From assembly GCA_038231455.1 (NCBI GenBank), contig JBBRLI010000007.1, positions 64,001 to 128,000 on the forward strand: a stretch of 64,000 nucleotides of DNA. The letters run 5' to 3'. Numbering within the stretch: position 1 is the first letter of the stretch; each line of letters begins with the position of its first letter. This stretch comes from Vulcanimicrobiales bacterium (lineage in GTDB: Bacteria > Vulcanimicrobiota > Vulcanimicrobiia > Vulcanimicrobiales > Vulcanimicrobiaceae). Position numbers and translations under genes: made by a program. Of this stretch, positions 45,717 through 53,640 are shown in pieces. The notes beneath the pieces were generated by a model. The model saw nothing but the letters and a program-made list of their open reading frames with translations. It did not search any database and had not been told where the DNA came from.

Positions 45717-46781
45717 TTGATCCAAGCGCCGCTTCTCTTTAGCGGGAACTCGAATCGCGAGCTCGCCGAAGAGATCGTCAAAAAAATGCAGGGCCGCGTC
45801 GGCTCCGCCCTCGTGGACCGTTTCAAAAACGAAGAATGCCGGATCGAGATTCGCGAAAACGTTCGTGGCGCCGAGGTTTTCGTTCTGCAATCGATCTGCA
45901 CGTCGCCGGGCGGAATGAGCGTCAACGACTCGCTCATGGAACTGCTGCTCATGATCGATGCCCTGCGCCGCGCCTCGGCGAACCGCATCACCGCGGTCGT
46001 CCCATATTACGGATACGCAAAGCAAGACAAGAAGACCAAAGGCCGCGAGCCCATCTCCGCTAAGCTGGTCGCGAACATGCTCGAGACCGCCGGCTGCGAG
46101 CGCCTGGTCACCCTCGACCTCCACGCCGCGCAAATCCAGGGCTTCTTTAATATCCCAGTCGACAACCTGATGGCCGCCCCGACGCTCTGTAACTACCTCA
46201 AACACAACAATTTACAGGGCGATTCGATCGTCGTCGTGTCCCCGGATGCCGGCGGCGTGCCGCGGGCGGAACTCTTCGCAAAACGGCTCAAATCGCAGGT
46301 CGCGGTCATTATGAAGCGCCGCCCGGAGCCCGATGTCTCCGAGGTCACTCACATCGTTGGCGATGTAAGCGGTAAGATCGCGGTTGTCGTGGATGATATG
46401 ATATCGACCGGTGGGACGCTGGTCAAAGCGGCCGAGGCCCTCATCGCGCGCGGCGCGACCAAAGTCTACACGCTCGCCACGCACGGCATCTTTGCCGGCG
46501 AGGCGATCAAGCAGCTCCAGAACTCGCCGATCGAAAAGGTCATCGTCACCAATACCATTGCGCGGGGCTCCTGGCTCGCCGATGGCGGCGATACCGCCTC
46601 CAAAATCGAAGTGCTCTCGATCGCTCAGATCCTCGCTGATGCGATCAAACGGATCACCACGAACCGCTCGGTCTCCGAGCTGTTCATGCCGGACGAACTC
46701 GAGGACGACGGTTCGGCCCACCCTAGCGACGCGTCGCACGCCCCCGAAGCGGCGGCGCTCGAACCGATCGCCATCAGCTAA
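45717..46781 (+). CDS. prs: Ribose-phosphate pyrophosphokinase
   Basis: ENVRG, PYYGYAKQDKK, DLHAAQIQGFF, VSPDAGG, DDMISTGGT. Confidence 0.97.
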   Translation: MIQAPLLFSGNSNRELAEEIVKKMQGRVGSALVDRFKNEECRIEIRENVRGAEVFVLQSICTSPGGMSVNDSLMELLLMIDALRRASANRITAVVPYYGYAKQDKKTKGREPISAKLVANMLETAGCERLVTLDLHAAQIQGFFNIPVDNLMAAPTLCNYLKHNNLQGDSIVVVSPDAGGVPRAELFAKRLKSQVAVIMKRRPEPDVSEVTHIVGDVSGKIAVVVDDMISTGGTLVKAAEALIARGATKVYTLATHGIFAGEAIKQLQNSPIEKVIVTNTIARGSWLADGGDTASKIEVLSIAQILADAIKRITTNRSVSELFMPDELEDDGSAHPSDASHAPEAAALEPIAIS

Positions 46782-46795
46782 AACGAAAGATTATC

Positions 46796-47428
46796 GTGTC
46801 GAAATCCACCACACTCACCAAAGTTGAACTTGCTTCACGCCCGAATACCGGAACGACCGGATCCAAAGCCGCCCGCCACGCCGGGATGATCCCCGCCGTT
46901 GTCTACGGTCACGGCGATCCGCTCTCGGTCTCCGTGCCGGTGAAGATCCTCGACGAACTGCTCGCGGCCGGTGCGAACCACTTGCTCGATGCCAAGATCG
47001 ACGGCAAAGCCGATACCGTGATGCTGCGCGGCGTTGCCCGCCATCCGGTCACGCATCGCCCGATCCATGCCGACTTCCAGCGCATGTCGCGCACGGAAAG
47101 CGTCCGCAACAAGATCGCCGTTCACACCAGCGGCACAGCCGCCGGCGTGAAAGACGGCGGCGGCGTCATGGACGTTGTGGCCCACGAGATCGACATCAGC
47201 GGCCCCGCCTCGGACTTCCCCGAGTATGTGACGGTCGATGTGAGTTCGCTTGGCATCCACGGCCACATCACCGCCAAGGACGTCCCGCTGCCGAAGGGCT
47301 TCACGCTCCACACGCCGCCGGACCAGACGATCGTCACGATCTCGGCGCCGCGTACCGTGGTCGAACCGACCGTTGCGGCCGAAGCGCCGGTCGCCGCGGC
47401 AGAACCCGCAGCAGCGCCCGCCACCTAG
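46796..47428 (+). CDS. rplY: 50S ribosomal protein L25 / Ctc
   Basis: IPAVVYG, HPV..RPIHADF, GVKDGG, VDVSSL. Confidence 0.93.
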   Translation: MSKSTTLTKVELASRPNTGTTGSKAARHAGMIPAVVYGHGDPLSVSVPVKILDELLAAGANHLLDAKIDGKADTVMLRGVARHPVTHRPIHADFQRMSRTESVRNKIAVHTSGTAAGVKDGGGVMDVVAHEIDISGPASDFPEYVTVDVSSLGIHGHITAKDVPLPKGFTLHTPPDQTIVTISAPRTVVEPTVAAEAPVAAAEPAAAPAT

Positions 47429-47431
47429 GCT

Positions 47432-48046
47432 CTGCGCCTCATCGCGGGCCTGGGAAATCCGGGCAAGCAGTACGCGCGAACGCGCCACAACATCGGATTC
47501 ATCGTCCTGGACGAACTCGCGCGGCGCTGGAACGCGCCCGCGTGGAAGAAAAAGGACGGCGCGTTCCAGTCGCTGGTGCGCGAAAAAAACGCGATCCTCA
47601 TCGAGCCGCAGACGTTTATGAATGCGAGTGGCGAGCCGATGCGGATCGCCGCGTCCTTTTATAAGATCGAAGCACCCGACGTCCTCGTCGTGGTCGACGA
47701 TCTCGATTTACCATTCGGACGCCTACGGGTTCGCGTGAACGGCAGCGCCGGCGGACACAACGGCCTCAAGTCCATCATCGCGCACTTCGGCCCCGATTTT
47801 CCGCGCCTCCGCATCGGGATCGGACGCGGGCGAAACGGCGCCGAGGCGATCGACCAGGTCCTCGGCACGTTCGACGCTGACGAAGAGCGCGACATGGACA
47901 AGATCGTTGATGCGTGCATCGAAACGATCGAAATGTGGCTGGCCGGGAACCGGAGTGCAGCGATGAATTTTGCTAACCCGTGGAGCGCGAATCCGCCCCC
48001 GAAGCCTCCCAAAGCTGAAGATCCGGCGGTTCGTGCCGAACAGTAA
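47432..48046 (+). CDS. pth: Peptidyl-tRNA hydrolase (probable CTG start)
   Basis: CTG followed by RLIAGLGNPGKQYARTRHNIGF, then PQTFMNASG, DDLDL, GGHNGLKS, RLRIGIGR; the ORF track truncates it to 47576. Confidence 0.93.
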   Translation: MRLIAGLGNPGKQYARTRHNIGFIVLDELARRWNAPAWKKKDGAFQSLVREKNAILIEPQTFMNASGEPMRIAASFYKIEAPDVLVVVDDLDLPFGRLRVRVNGSAGGHNGLKSIIAHFGPDFPRLRIGIGRGRNGAEAIDQVLGTFDADEERDMDKIVDACIETIEMWLAGNRSAAMNFANPWSANPPPKPPKAEDPAVRAEQ

Positions 48047-48050
48047 CCAA

Positions 48051-48722
48051 ATGCCTTTGAACGACTTCGCCGGACGCACGATGGTGGTTCGCATCGATGA
48101 GGGAACCCTCACCGCCGGCGGCTCGACGTTCCTGAGCGATCTTGCGTTCTTGGTCGAGCGTCAAGTCTCGCCGATCGTCGTCGCTCCCTCGAGTGACGTA
48201 GCGCGCGCCGTGGTGCGTACGATGAACCGCACGGGCGATACGGCCGTCGGTCTCTCGGGCGCGGATGCGGGCCTCGTGCCCTCGGCGGGCGGCGGCGGGA
48301 TCGGTGCGATCCAATCGCGGCTGCTGCTGACGCTCGCAAGCGCCGGGTACATCCCCGTCATCGAGCCGACGGCGTTTGGACTCTTCGGAGGCGATATCGC
48401 GGTGAACGCGGACGATCTGGCCGGGGCGATCGCCTCGGCAACCGAAGCCGCGCGGGCGATCTTCTTTCACGATGCCGGCGGGATCGCCGATGGCGAACGG
48501 CTCATCGATGAGCTGACCCCCGCCGAAGCCCTCACCTTGAGCGAGAACGAAACGCTCGATCCGGACCTGCGAGCAGCCGTGCGTGCGGCGGCTCTGGGCG
48601 TGCGCGGCGGCGTCCGCGCGGCACAAATCGTCGATGGGCGGATTGCCCACGCCGCAATTGTGGAATTCCTTACGGCAAGGCACTTGGGAACCCAAGTCGC
48701 CGGCACCGTCTTCCTGAGGTAA
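48051..48722 (+). CDS. Degenerate acetylglutamate-kinase-like (amino-acid kinase fold) protein
   Basis: Keeps AVGLSGADA, GYIPVI, VNAD, AQIVDGRIAHA...GT; lacks KxGG, HGGG and GGMxxK. Confidence 0.7.
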   Translation: MPLNDFAGRTMVVRIDEGTLTAGGSTFLSDLAFLVERQVSPIVVAPSSDVARAVVRTMNRTGDTAVGLSGADAGLVPSAGGGGIGAIQSRLLLTLASAGYIPVIEPTAFGLFGGDIAVNADDLAGAIASATEAARAIFFHDAGGIADGERLIDELTPAEALTLSENETLDPDLRAAVRAAALGVRGGVRAAQIVDGRIAHAAIVEFLTARHLGTQVAGTVFLR

Positions 48723-48726
48723 TTCC

Positions 48727-49506
48727 ATGCTCCAGTTCCGCCGACTCGCCGGCGCGGCCGCCGCCGCTCTCTTGATGTGCGCGCCGCTTGTCGCACGGGC
48801 CGATGATGGGCTCACCTCCAGCGGCTCGATCGTGATCCAAGCCGTGCTCTCCGGTCAGAAAATCAACGTTGGAAGCCCGATTGCGCTGTTGCGTTCGGGC
48901 TCGAGTTATCGTTTGGACGTCACGCAACTCGCGCCGGTCGGCGTCGACCCGACTGTGGCCGCGTTCCTTGCAGGCGCCCTACCGATTCATTCGTTCACGT
49001 TCATGTATGACGGAGCGACCGGCACCACGAGCGCGTACTCGAACGACAACCACACGTACTATCAGGAAACAAAGAAAGCATCCGGCACGACCGCTACCCC
49101 CGCACCCGCCGCACCGACAAACGGCGGCGATCCGCTCTCGCTCATCGCAATGTACGGCCGCATGCTGCGCGATGACAAAACGTTTTCGGCGACGCTGGAT
49201 CTTGCCGGGCACGGCACGACCAACGGCCATCCCGCAACGAACGTGAACTTCGAATTCAAACAGCAGAAAACGGCCGGTGCGTTACAAGACTACCGCGCGC
49301 ATCTCGCTCTCGCCGACGATCTCGACGGCTTTCCCATACAAATCGCGCTCGATTCGGTCGGCGTAAAATCGTCCGACTTCGCCGGTGCCTTGCGTCTGGA
49401 TCTGACCAACGTGCAGCGTGCGGCTCCGCCGAGCGGTTCGTTTGCGATTCCAAGCGGATTCACGCGCGTGACGAGCCTCCAAGAAATTCTTCGTCCCGCT
49501 CACTAA
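48727..49506 (+). CDS. Exported hypothetical protein
   Basis: Signal peptide ARA-DD; beta-rich; C-terminal FAIPSGFTRV motif. Confidence 0.7.
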   Translation: MLQFRRLAGAAAAALLMCAPLVARADDGLTSSGSIVIQAVLSGQKINVGSPIALLRSGSSYRLDVTQLAPVGVDPTVAAFLAGALPIHSFTFMYDGATGTTSAYSNDNHTYYQETKKASGTTATPAPAAPTNGGDPLSLIAMYGRMLRDDKTFSATLDLAGHGTTNGHPATNVNFEFKQQKTAGALQDYRAHLALADDLDGFPIQIALDSVGVKSSDFAGALRLDLTNVQRAAPPSGSFAIPSGFTRVTSLQEILRPAH

Positions 49507-50747
49507 CGGCACGGGTCGGGTACGCCTTGTAAGGCCGCGATACGCGTGCCGTACGATGGGCGCGCGCCAAAATATATCCGTGCGGAACGCGGGAAACACA
49601 ACTGCCGCGCACCGTCATCGACGATCCGCACGAGCGCTCGTATGCCGCCGGCGCGATCGTGCGTCAGCGCGAGCGCGGCAATGTCGGCGCGCGTCGTCAC
49701 CTCACGCGAATATGCATTATAGACCGGATAGAGCGCAAGACAGAACACACCAAGAAACGCGGCGACAAGCGAGAGCCGGACGAGCGGATCGTCGTCGCGT
49801 CGGAATCCGATGCGGTCGCTTGCAAGAACCGCGAGTGCCGCCGCAACGGCAAGCAAAAACGTGCCGATGCACGTGCGCCGAAACGAATCCGCGGCCTCCG
49901 AGAGACTCTCGGCGATCAAATAGGCGATTTCATCGTCGCTCGCAACGGAGAGCAGCGAATCGGGCAACAGCACGCGCGTCGTCGGACCGAGGCCCTCGAC
50001 GGCCGGTTCGTCGATCGTACGGCGCTGCGCGCTTGCCGTAACGACGATCGGTGTCGTGGTTTTCATCGTGGCTTCGATCGCGACGATACGCGCCCGAAGC
50101 GTGCGCGTTTGCAGCGCGCGTTCCGGTCCGAAAAACGGATCGAGGACGACTGGCCGCATCGCAGCGCCGAGCGATGCGAGGACAAAGAGACCGAAAAAGA
50201 CCGCGACATACCACAGATGCGTTCGATCGACGAGTGCGAGCACGATCGCGACGAGCAATCCGACAACGATCATTCCGACGATCGTTCCGACGGAAAAATC
50301 GATCAGCCACGAGCCGATGTGCTGCTCCGTCAGGCCGACGTTGAACAGCAGACGATAGGACGCAAATGAAAACGGTAGCCCCGCAAGCGCTCCCGTCAGC
50401 GCCAACAGTGCGCCGAAGAACAAGCGCTGGAGCGCAAGCATTCGCGTTCGGCGGCGCAGCCAATTGCGAATCCGCGCGGCATTCCCCGAACGCCACAGCC
50501 ACGCAAAAGCAAGCACTTGCGCGATCGCCCATGCGAAAAAGAGCGGCCGCCGGATCCCGGTAATCGCGCGCGCTGCATGCTGACGGTTCACGTTCACAAG
50601 ATGCACGACGCTCTGCGTGAGCAGCGTACGGTCGCTCATCGCCGAGACGTGGTGGTCGATCGCAACCGGCGTCGCCGCAAGCGTAGGAGCCGCTCCGAAC
50701 AAGAGAAGAAAAAGCACCGTTAGCCAGGCGCAGGTGCGCCCGACCAA
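49503..50747 (-). CDS. M48 (Ste24-like) membrane peptidase homologue lacking HExxH
   Basis: Ste24-like TM layout, GLGPTTRVLLPDSLL...EIAYLIAESLSE, YSREVTTRAD, RPSYGTRI; start uncertain. Confidence 0.7.
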   Translation of the reverse strand: MVGRTCAWLTVLFLLLFGAAPTLAATPVAIDHHVSAMSDRTLLTQSVVHLVNVNRQHAARAITGIRRPLFFAWAIAQVLAFAWLWRSGNAARIRNWLRRRTRMLALQRLFFGALLALTGALAGLPFSFASYRLLFNVGLTEQHIGSWLIDFSVGTIVGMIVVGLLVAIVLALVDRTHLWYVAVFFGLFVLASLGAAMRPVVLDPFFGPERALQTRTLRARIVAIEATMKTTTPIVVTASAQRRTIDEPAVEGLGPTTRVLLPDSLLSVASDDEIAYLIAESLSEAADSFRRTCIGTFLLAVAAALAVLASDRIGFRRDDDPLVRLSLVAAFLGVFCLALYPVYNAYSREVTTRADIAALALTHDRAGGIRALVRIVDDGARQLCFPRSARIYFGARPSYGTRIAALQGVPDPCR

Positions 50748-50763
50748 CCGTGCTTTTGTGGAC

Positions 50764-51267
50764 CTAACCGAGTTTACGCAGTTCGTCGAAAATCTGCTCT
50801 TCGTCGGGTTGCTCAGCGATGTCGTGGACATCGATGTAGCGGATGATACCTTGTTTGTCGATGATGAAGATCGCCCGTTCCGACATGCCTTCGGCACGCA
50901 GGACGCCGTATTTCTTTGCGACTTCGCCATGCGGCCAGAAATCGCTCAGTAACGGATAGGTGATCTCTCCGAGGGTTTTCGCCCACGCGCGATTCGCGTG
51001 CTGGCTGTCGATCGAGATGCCCACAACTTGGGCATCATAGCCTTCGAAACGTTCGAGGTTCTCCTCGTACGAAGGCATTTGGCTGGCTCAAACGGCGGTA
51101 AATGCGAACGGGTAAAACGCGAGGACGACGTTTTTGCCTTTGAGGCTCGAGAGCTTCCACTTGTCTTGCGAGTTGTGGCTGCCAAGCTCGATCTCCGGCG
51201 CAACGTCACCGATCTTGAGCGTTGACGTCGAATTTGAAGTCGACGCGCGCCCTTTGGTGATGGCCAT
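50764..51267 (-). CDS. Peroxiredoxin (AhpE/BCP-like), predicted selenoprotein (U60)
   Basis: AGGAG RBS; LKIGDVAPEIEL...VVLAFYPFAFTAV-TGA(51090-51088)-ASQM...VVGISID...YPLLSDFWPHG...ERAIFIID continues in frame. Confidence 0.88.
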
Positions 51268-51386
51268 TCTAGTGAGATTCTCCTGGGTTCGGTCAGAGTG
51301 GGAATATCCCGACTCGCCTCATTGTTCGCAAATCCCCAGAGATGATGCTGGGAATCGCGTATGCGGCGGTCGGAATGCTTTTGGTG

Positions 51387-52055
51387 TTACGCGATCGTTC
51401 GAATCGAACCGGGTTCGATCGGATCGAGGACGGCGTTGAGCGCGGCGAGGAGTGTTTTGCGCTGCTCGGTCACATCGTTTGGCCCGCCCATCGGCGTCCC
51501 GATGCTGTGGTGGATCGGGTGAACGGCGCGCGGCGGACGCGCCGACGCCGTTTGCGCCGGTTCGACGGTGATGAGGATCGTCGGAATTCCGGCGGCTTCG
51601 ATGGCTCGTTGGACATGCACGACCGTGCGATGACAGAGCGGTCAACCGCCGGTCAAGAGGACGAGATCCGTCGCGCTTCGTTCGATCTTCTTGGCGATTT
51701 CGGGACCGGTTTCGTCGAGCACTTGTTTCATCTTGAGCGTGTAGCCCATCATGCCGAAGAACTCGGTGTTCAGCCCTTTGATCGTCCCGTCGGCGACGAG
51801 TTCGCGCAGACGTTCGATCGGGAAGACCACATTGATATCCCGATCCGCTGCCGTGTGATCGTAGTGCGTGTGGGTTACCATCAGGTCGGCGACGCTTGTA
51901 TCAGATGGAATGACGCGATACGAGCCGTCACCGTCCACGTTATACGGTTCTTGCGTCTTGAGATGCACACCGGCCGTCGACACGAGAGCGATCGTCGTGT
52001 CGCTCAGGTCGCGTTCAAACGGCGTATAGGGGATGGCGCGGCGGGCGAGTTCCAT
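51387..52055 (-). CDS. PrdB/GrdB-family reductase selenoprotein (U138, UxxC)
   Basis: IALVSTAGVH...HTHYD..DRDINVVFPIERLREL...DLVLLTGG-TGA(51644-51642)-PLCHRTVVHVQRAIEAAGIPT...PPRA continues in frame. Confidence 0.88.
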
Positions 52056-52059
52056 ACGG

Positions 52060-52680
52060 CTACATCGGACCCGGCGAAGGCGAGGAGCGTTGCAGCTCGG
52101 ACGGAGTTGGTTCCGACGCGGGCTGCATTGCAGGTTCCGCGCCTGCGAGGTTTCCGACAGCGGCGCTCGGAACGGCTTTCCAAACCGCCTCGGCCGTCGG
52201 CGGCAGTTTATCCATCCGCTTGACAAACGCGGCGATCTGCCAGCGCTGCGTGTCGTCGAGCGTTTTTGAGAATGCGGGCATCGCAGTGAAGCGGATGCCG
52301 TGCGTCACCTTGAAGTACGTCACGTTTTCCGGATCGTCAACAACGCTGCCGTCTTTCGTCGCGAGCATCGGCGATTCGACCGCGAAGCCTTGCGCGAGCA
52401 GCGACGGTTTGCCGTTTTCTGCGCCGTGACAGACGGCGCAATTTGCGCCGTAGAGTTTGACACCCGCGACGAGATCCGCATCCGTCGGTTTGAGCGGGCT
52501 CGCGAGCCCGGCGGCATCGCGATTGATCGACTTGTGCAGGCTTCGCACCGCAAGATTTTTTTCGAGGGCACCCGGCGGCACGTCGGCGCGCGCCGGAACG
52601 TAACCGTTTGAAGCGGCATAGTAGCCGCCGGCGACAAGCGCGATGATCGCAACGAAGAAGCCGAAGAAGAAATTACGCAT
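52060..52680 (-). CDS. Membrane-anchored monoheme cytochrome c
   Basis: N-terminal TM, CAVCH heme motif, GIRFTAMPAF axial Met. Confidence 0.88.
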   Translation of the reverse strand: MRNFFFGFFVAIIALVAGGYYAASNGYVPARADVPPGALEKNLAVRSLHKSINRDAAGLASPLKPTDADLVAGVKLYGANCAVCHGAENGKPSLLAQGFAVESPMLATKDGSVVDDPENVTYFKVTHGIRFTAMPAFSKTLDDTQRWQIAAFVKRMDKLPPTAEAVWKAVPSAAVGNLAGAEPAMQPASEPTPSELQRSSPSPGPM

Positions 52681-53526
52681 TTACGATGTTGCCGCCGTTT
52701 GGTGATCTGCAATGATTTCGGTACTCGAGCGTTCCGGGCCGTTTTCGTCGATCGTCGCGCGCCGTTTTGCAGCGATGGGATTTGCAACGAGGATGTAGCG
52801 CGGGCATTCGGGACCGTTGGGTTCATTACAGTACCCGCGAACGCAACTCGCACCCGCGCGAATAAACAACGTCGGAGCCGCTTTTTTCGCAAGTCGCAAC
52901 ATCGCAAAGCCGAGTTCGCGAATCTCCCACTGCGCGTTATTGCACGTGCGCAGCGTGAAGAAGTCCAGCAGCGCGCGAGCATTTGCCGTAATGACGATCT
53001 GCGTCTCGGCTGCGTTCGGAAGCGCAAACCGGGCGTCTTCCGGCGGCGTCCCCGCCGCGAGCGCTTCCTGGTAAAAATCGGCGATCTGCGCCATGAGCAC
53101 GTCGTACTTCGCCTTGATTTCCGGCCGCGCCGCAATCGAGGGGGGCGTGATGAAATCGAACTGGCCTTTGACCTTAATGTAACGCTGGCTCTTCTGCTCG
53201 TACGACATGTGCCGGTGCCGGACCAGTTGGTGGGTGAGTGCCCGCGAGACACCGGCGACGCCGAAGGTGAACATCGTATGCTCGAACGTCGAGAGATGGC
53301 CCGCGTCCCGAACGCGTGAGACCATTTTTTTGACTTCGTCGTCGGTCCAGTTCTCGTCGATCGATTCGATATCGCGCGGGCTATAGCAGTTTCGAGCTGC
53401 CGTCGCGACGGCTTTTTCGGGTTCGGGGCTATGCGAGAGCAGGACGACTTTGAGCGCCAAGCGATCCTCCGGCCGGACTTTGAGAAGCGAAGTGGATTCG
53501 CCCGGCGACGGCCCATTCTTCTTCAT
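52681..53526 (-). CDS. thyX: FAD-dependent thymidylate synthase
   Basis: GHLSTFEH, SRALTHQLVRHRHMSYEQKSQRY, EDARFALP, AQWEIR. Confidence 0.95.
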   Translation of the reverse strand: MKKNGPSPGESTSLLKVRPEDRLALKVVLLSHSPEPEKAVATAARNCYSPRDIESIDENWTDDEVKKMVSRVRDAGHLSTFEHTMFTFGVAGVSRALTHQLVRHRHMSYEQKSQRYIKVKGQFDFITPPSIAARPEIKAKYDVLMAQIADFYQEALAAGTPPEDARFALPNAAETQIVITANARALLDFFTLRTCNNAQWEIRELGFAMLRLAKKAAPTLFIRAGASCVRGYCNEPNGPECPRYILVANPIAAKRRATIDENGPERSSTEIIADHQTAATS

Positions 53527-53640
53527 GGAGCCGCGGCGCGGAAAGCGTAATCTTTACGGCCCGCCCCTAGCACCCTAGTGTGCCTTTGGTTACAATTTTG
53601 AAAGAAACGGGGCGGTCTGCCCGGTTTTTTTGGGGGATTC

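Noticed and set aside
47426-47428. rplY TAG as a pyrrolysine codon or genome-wide recoding
   Set aside because: TAG acts as an ordinary stop in many genes here (hom, metX, birA, nnr); no pyl genes seen
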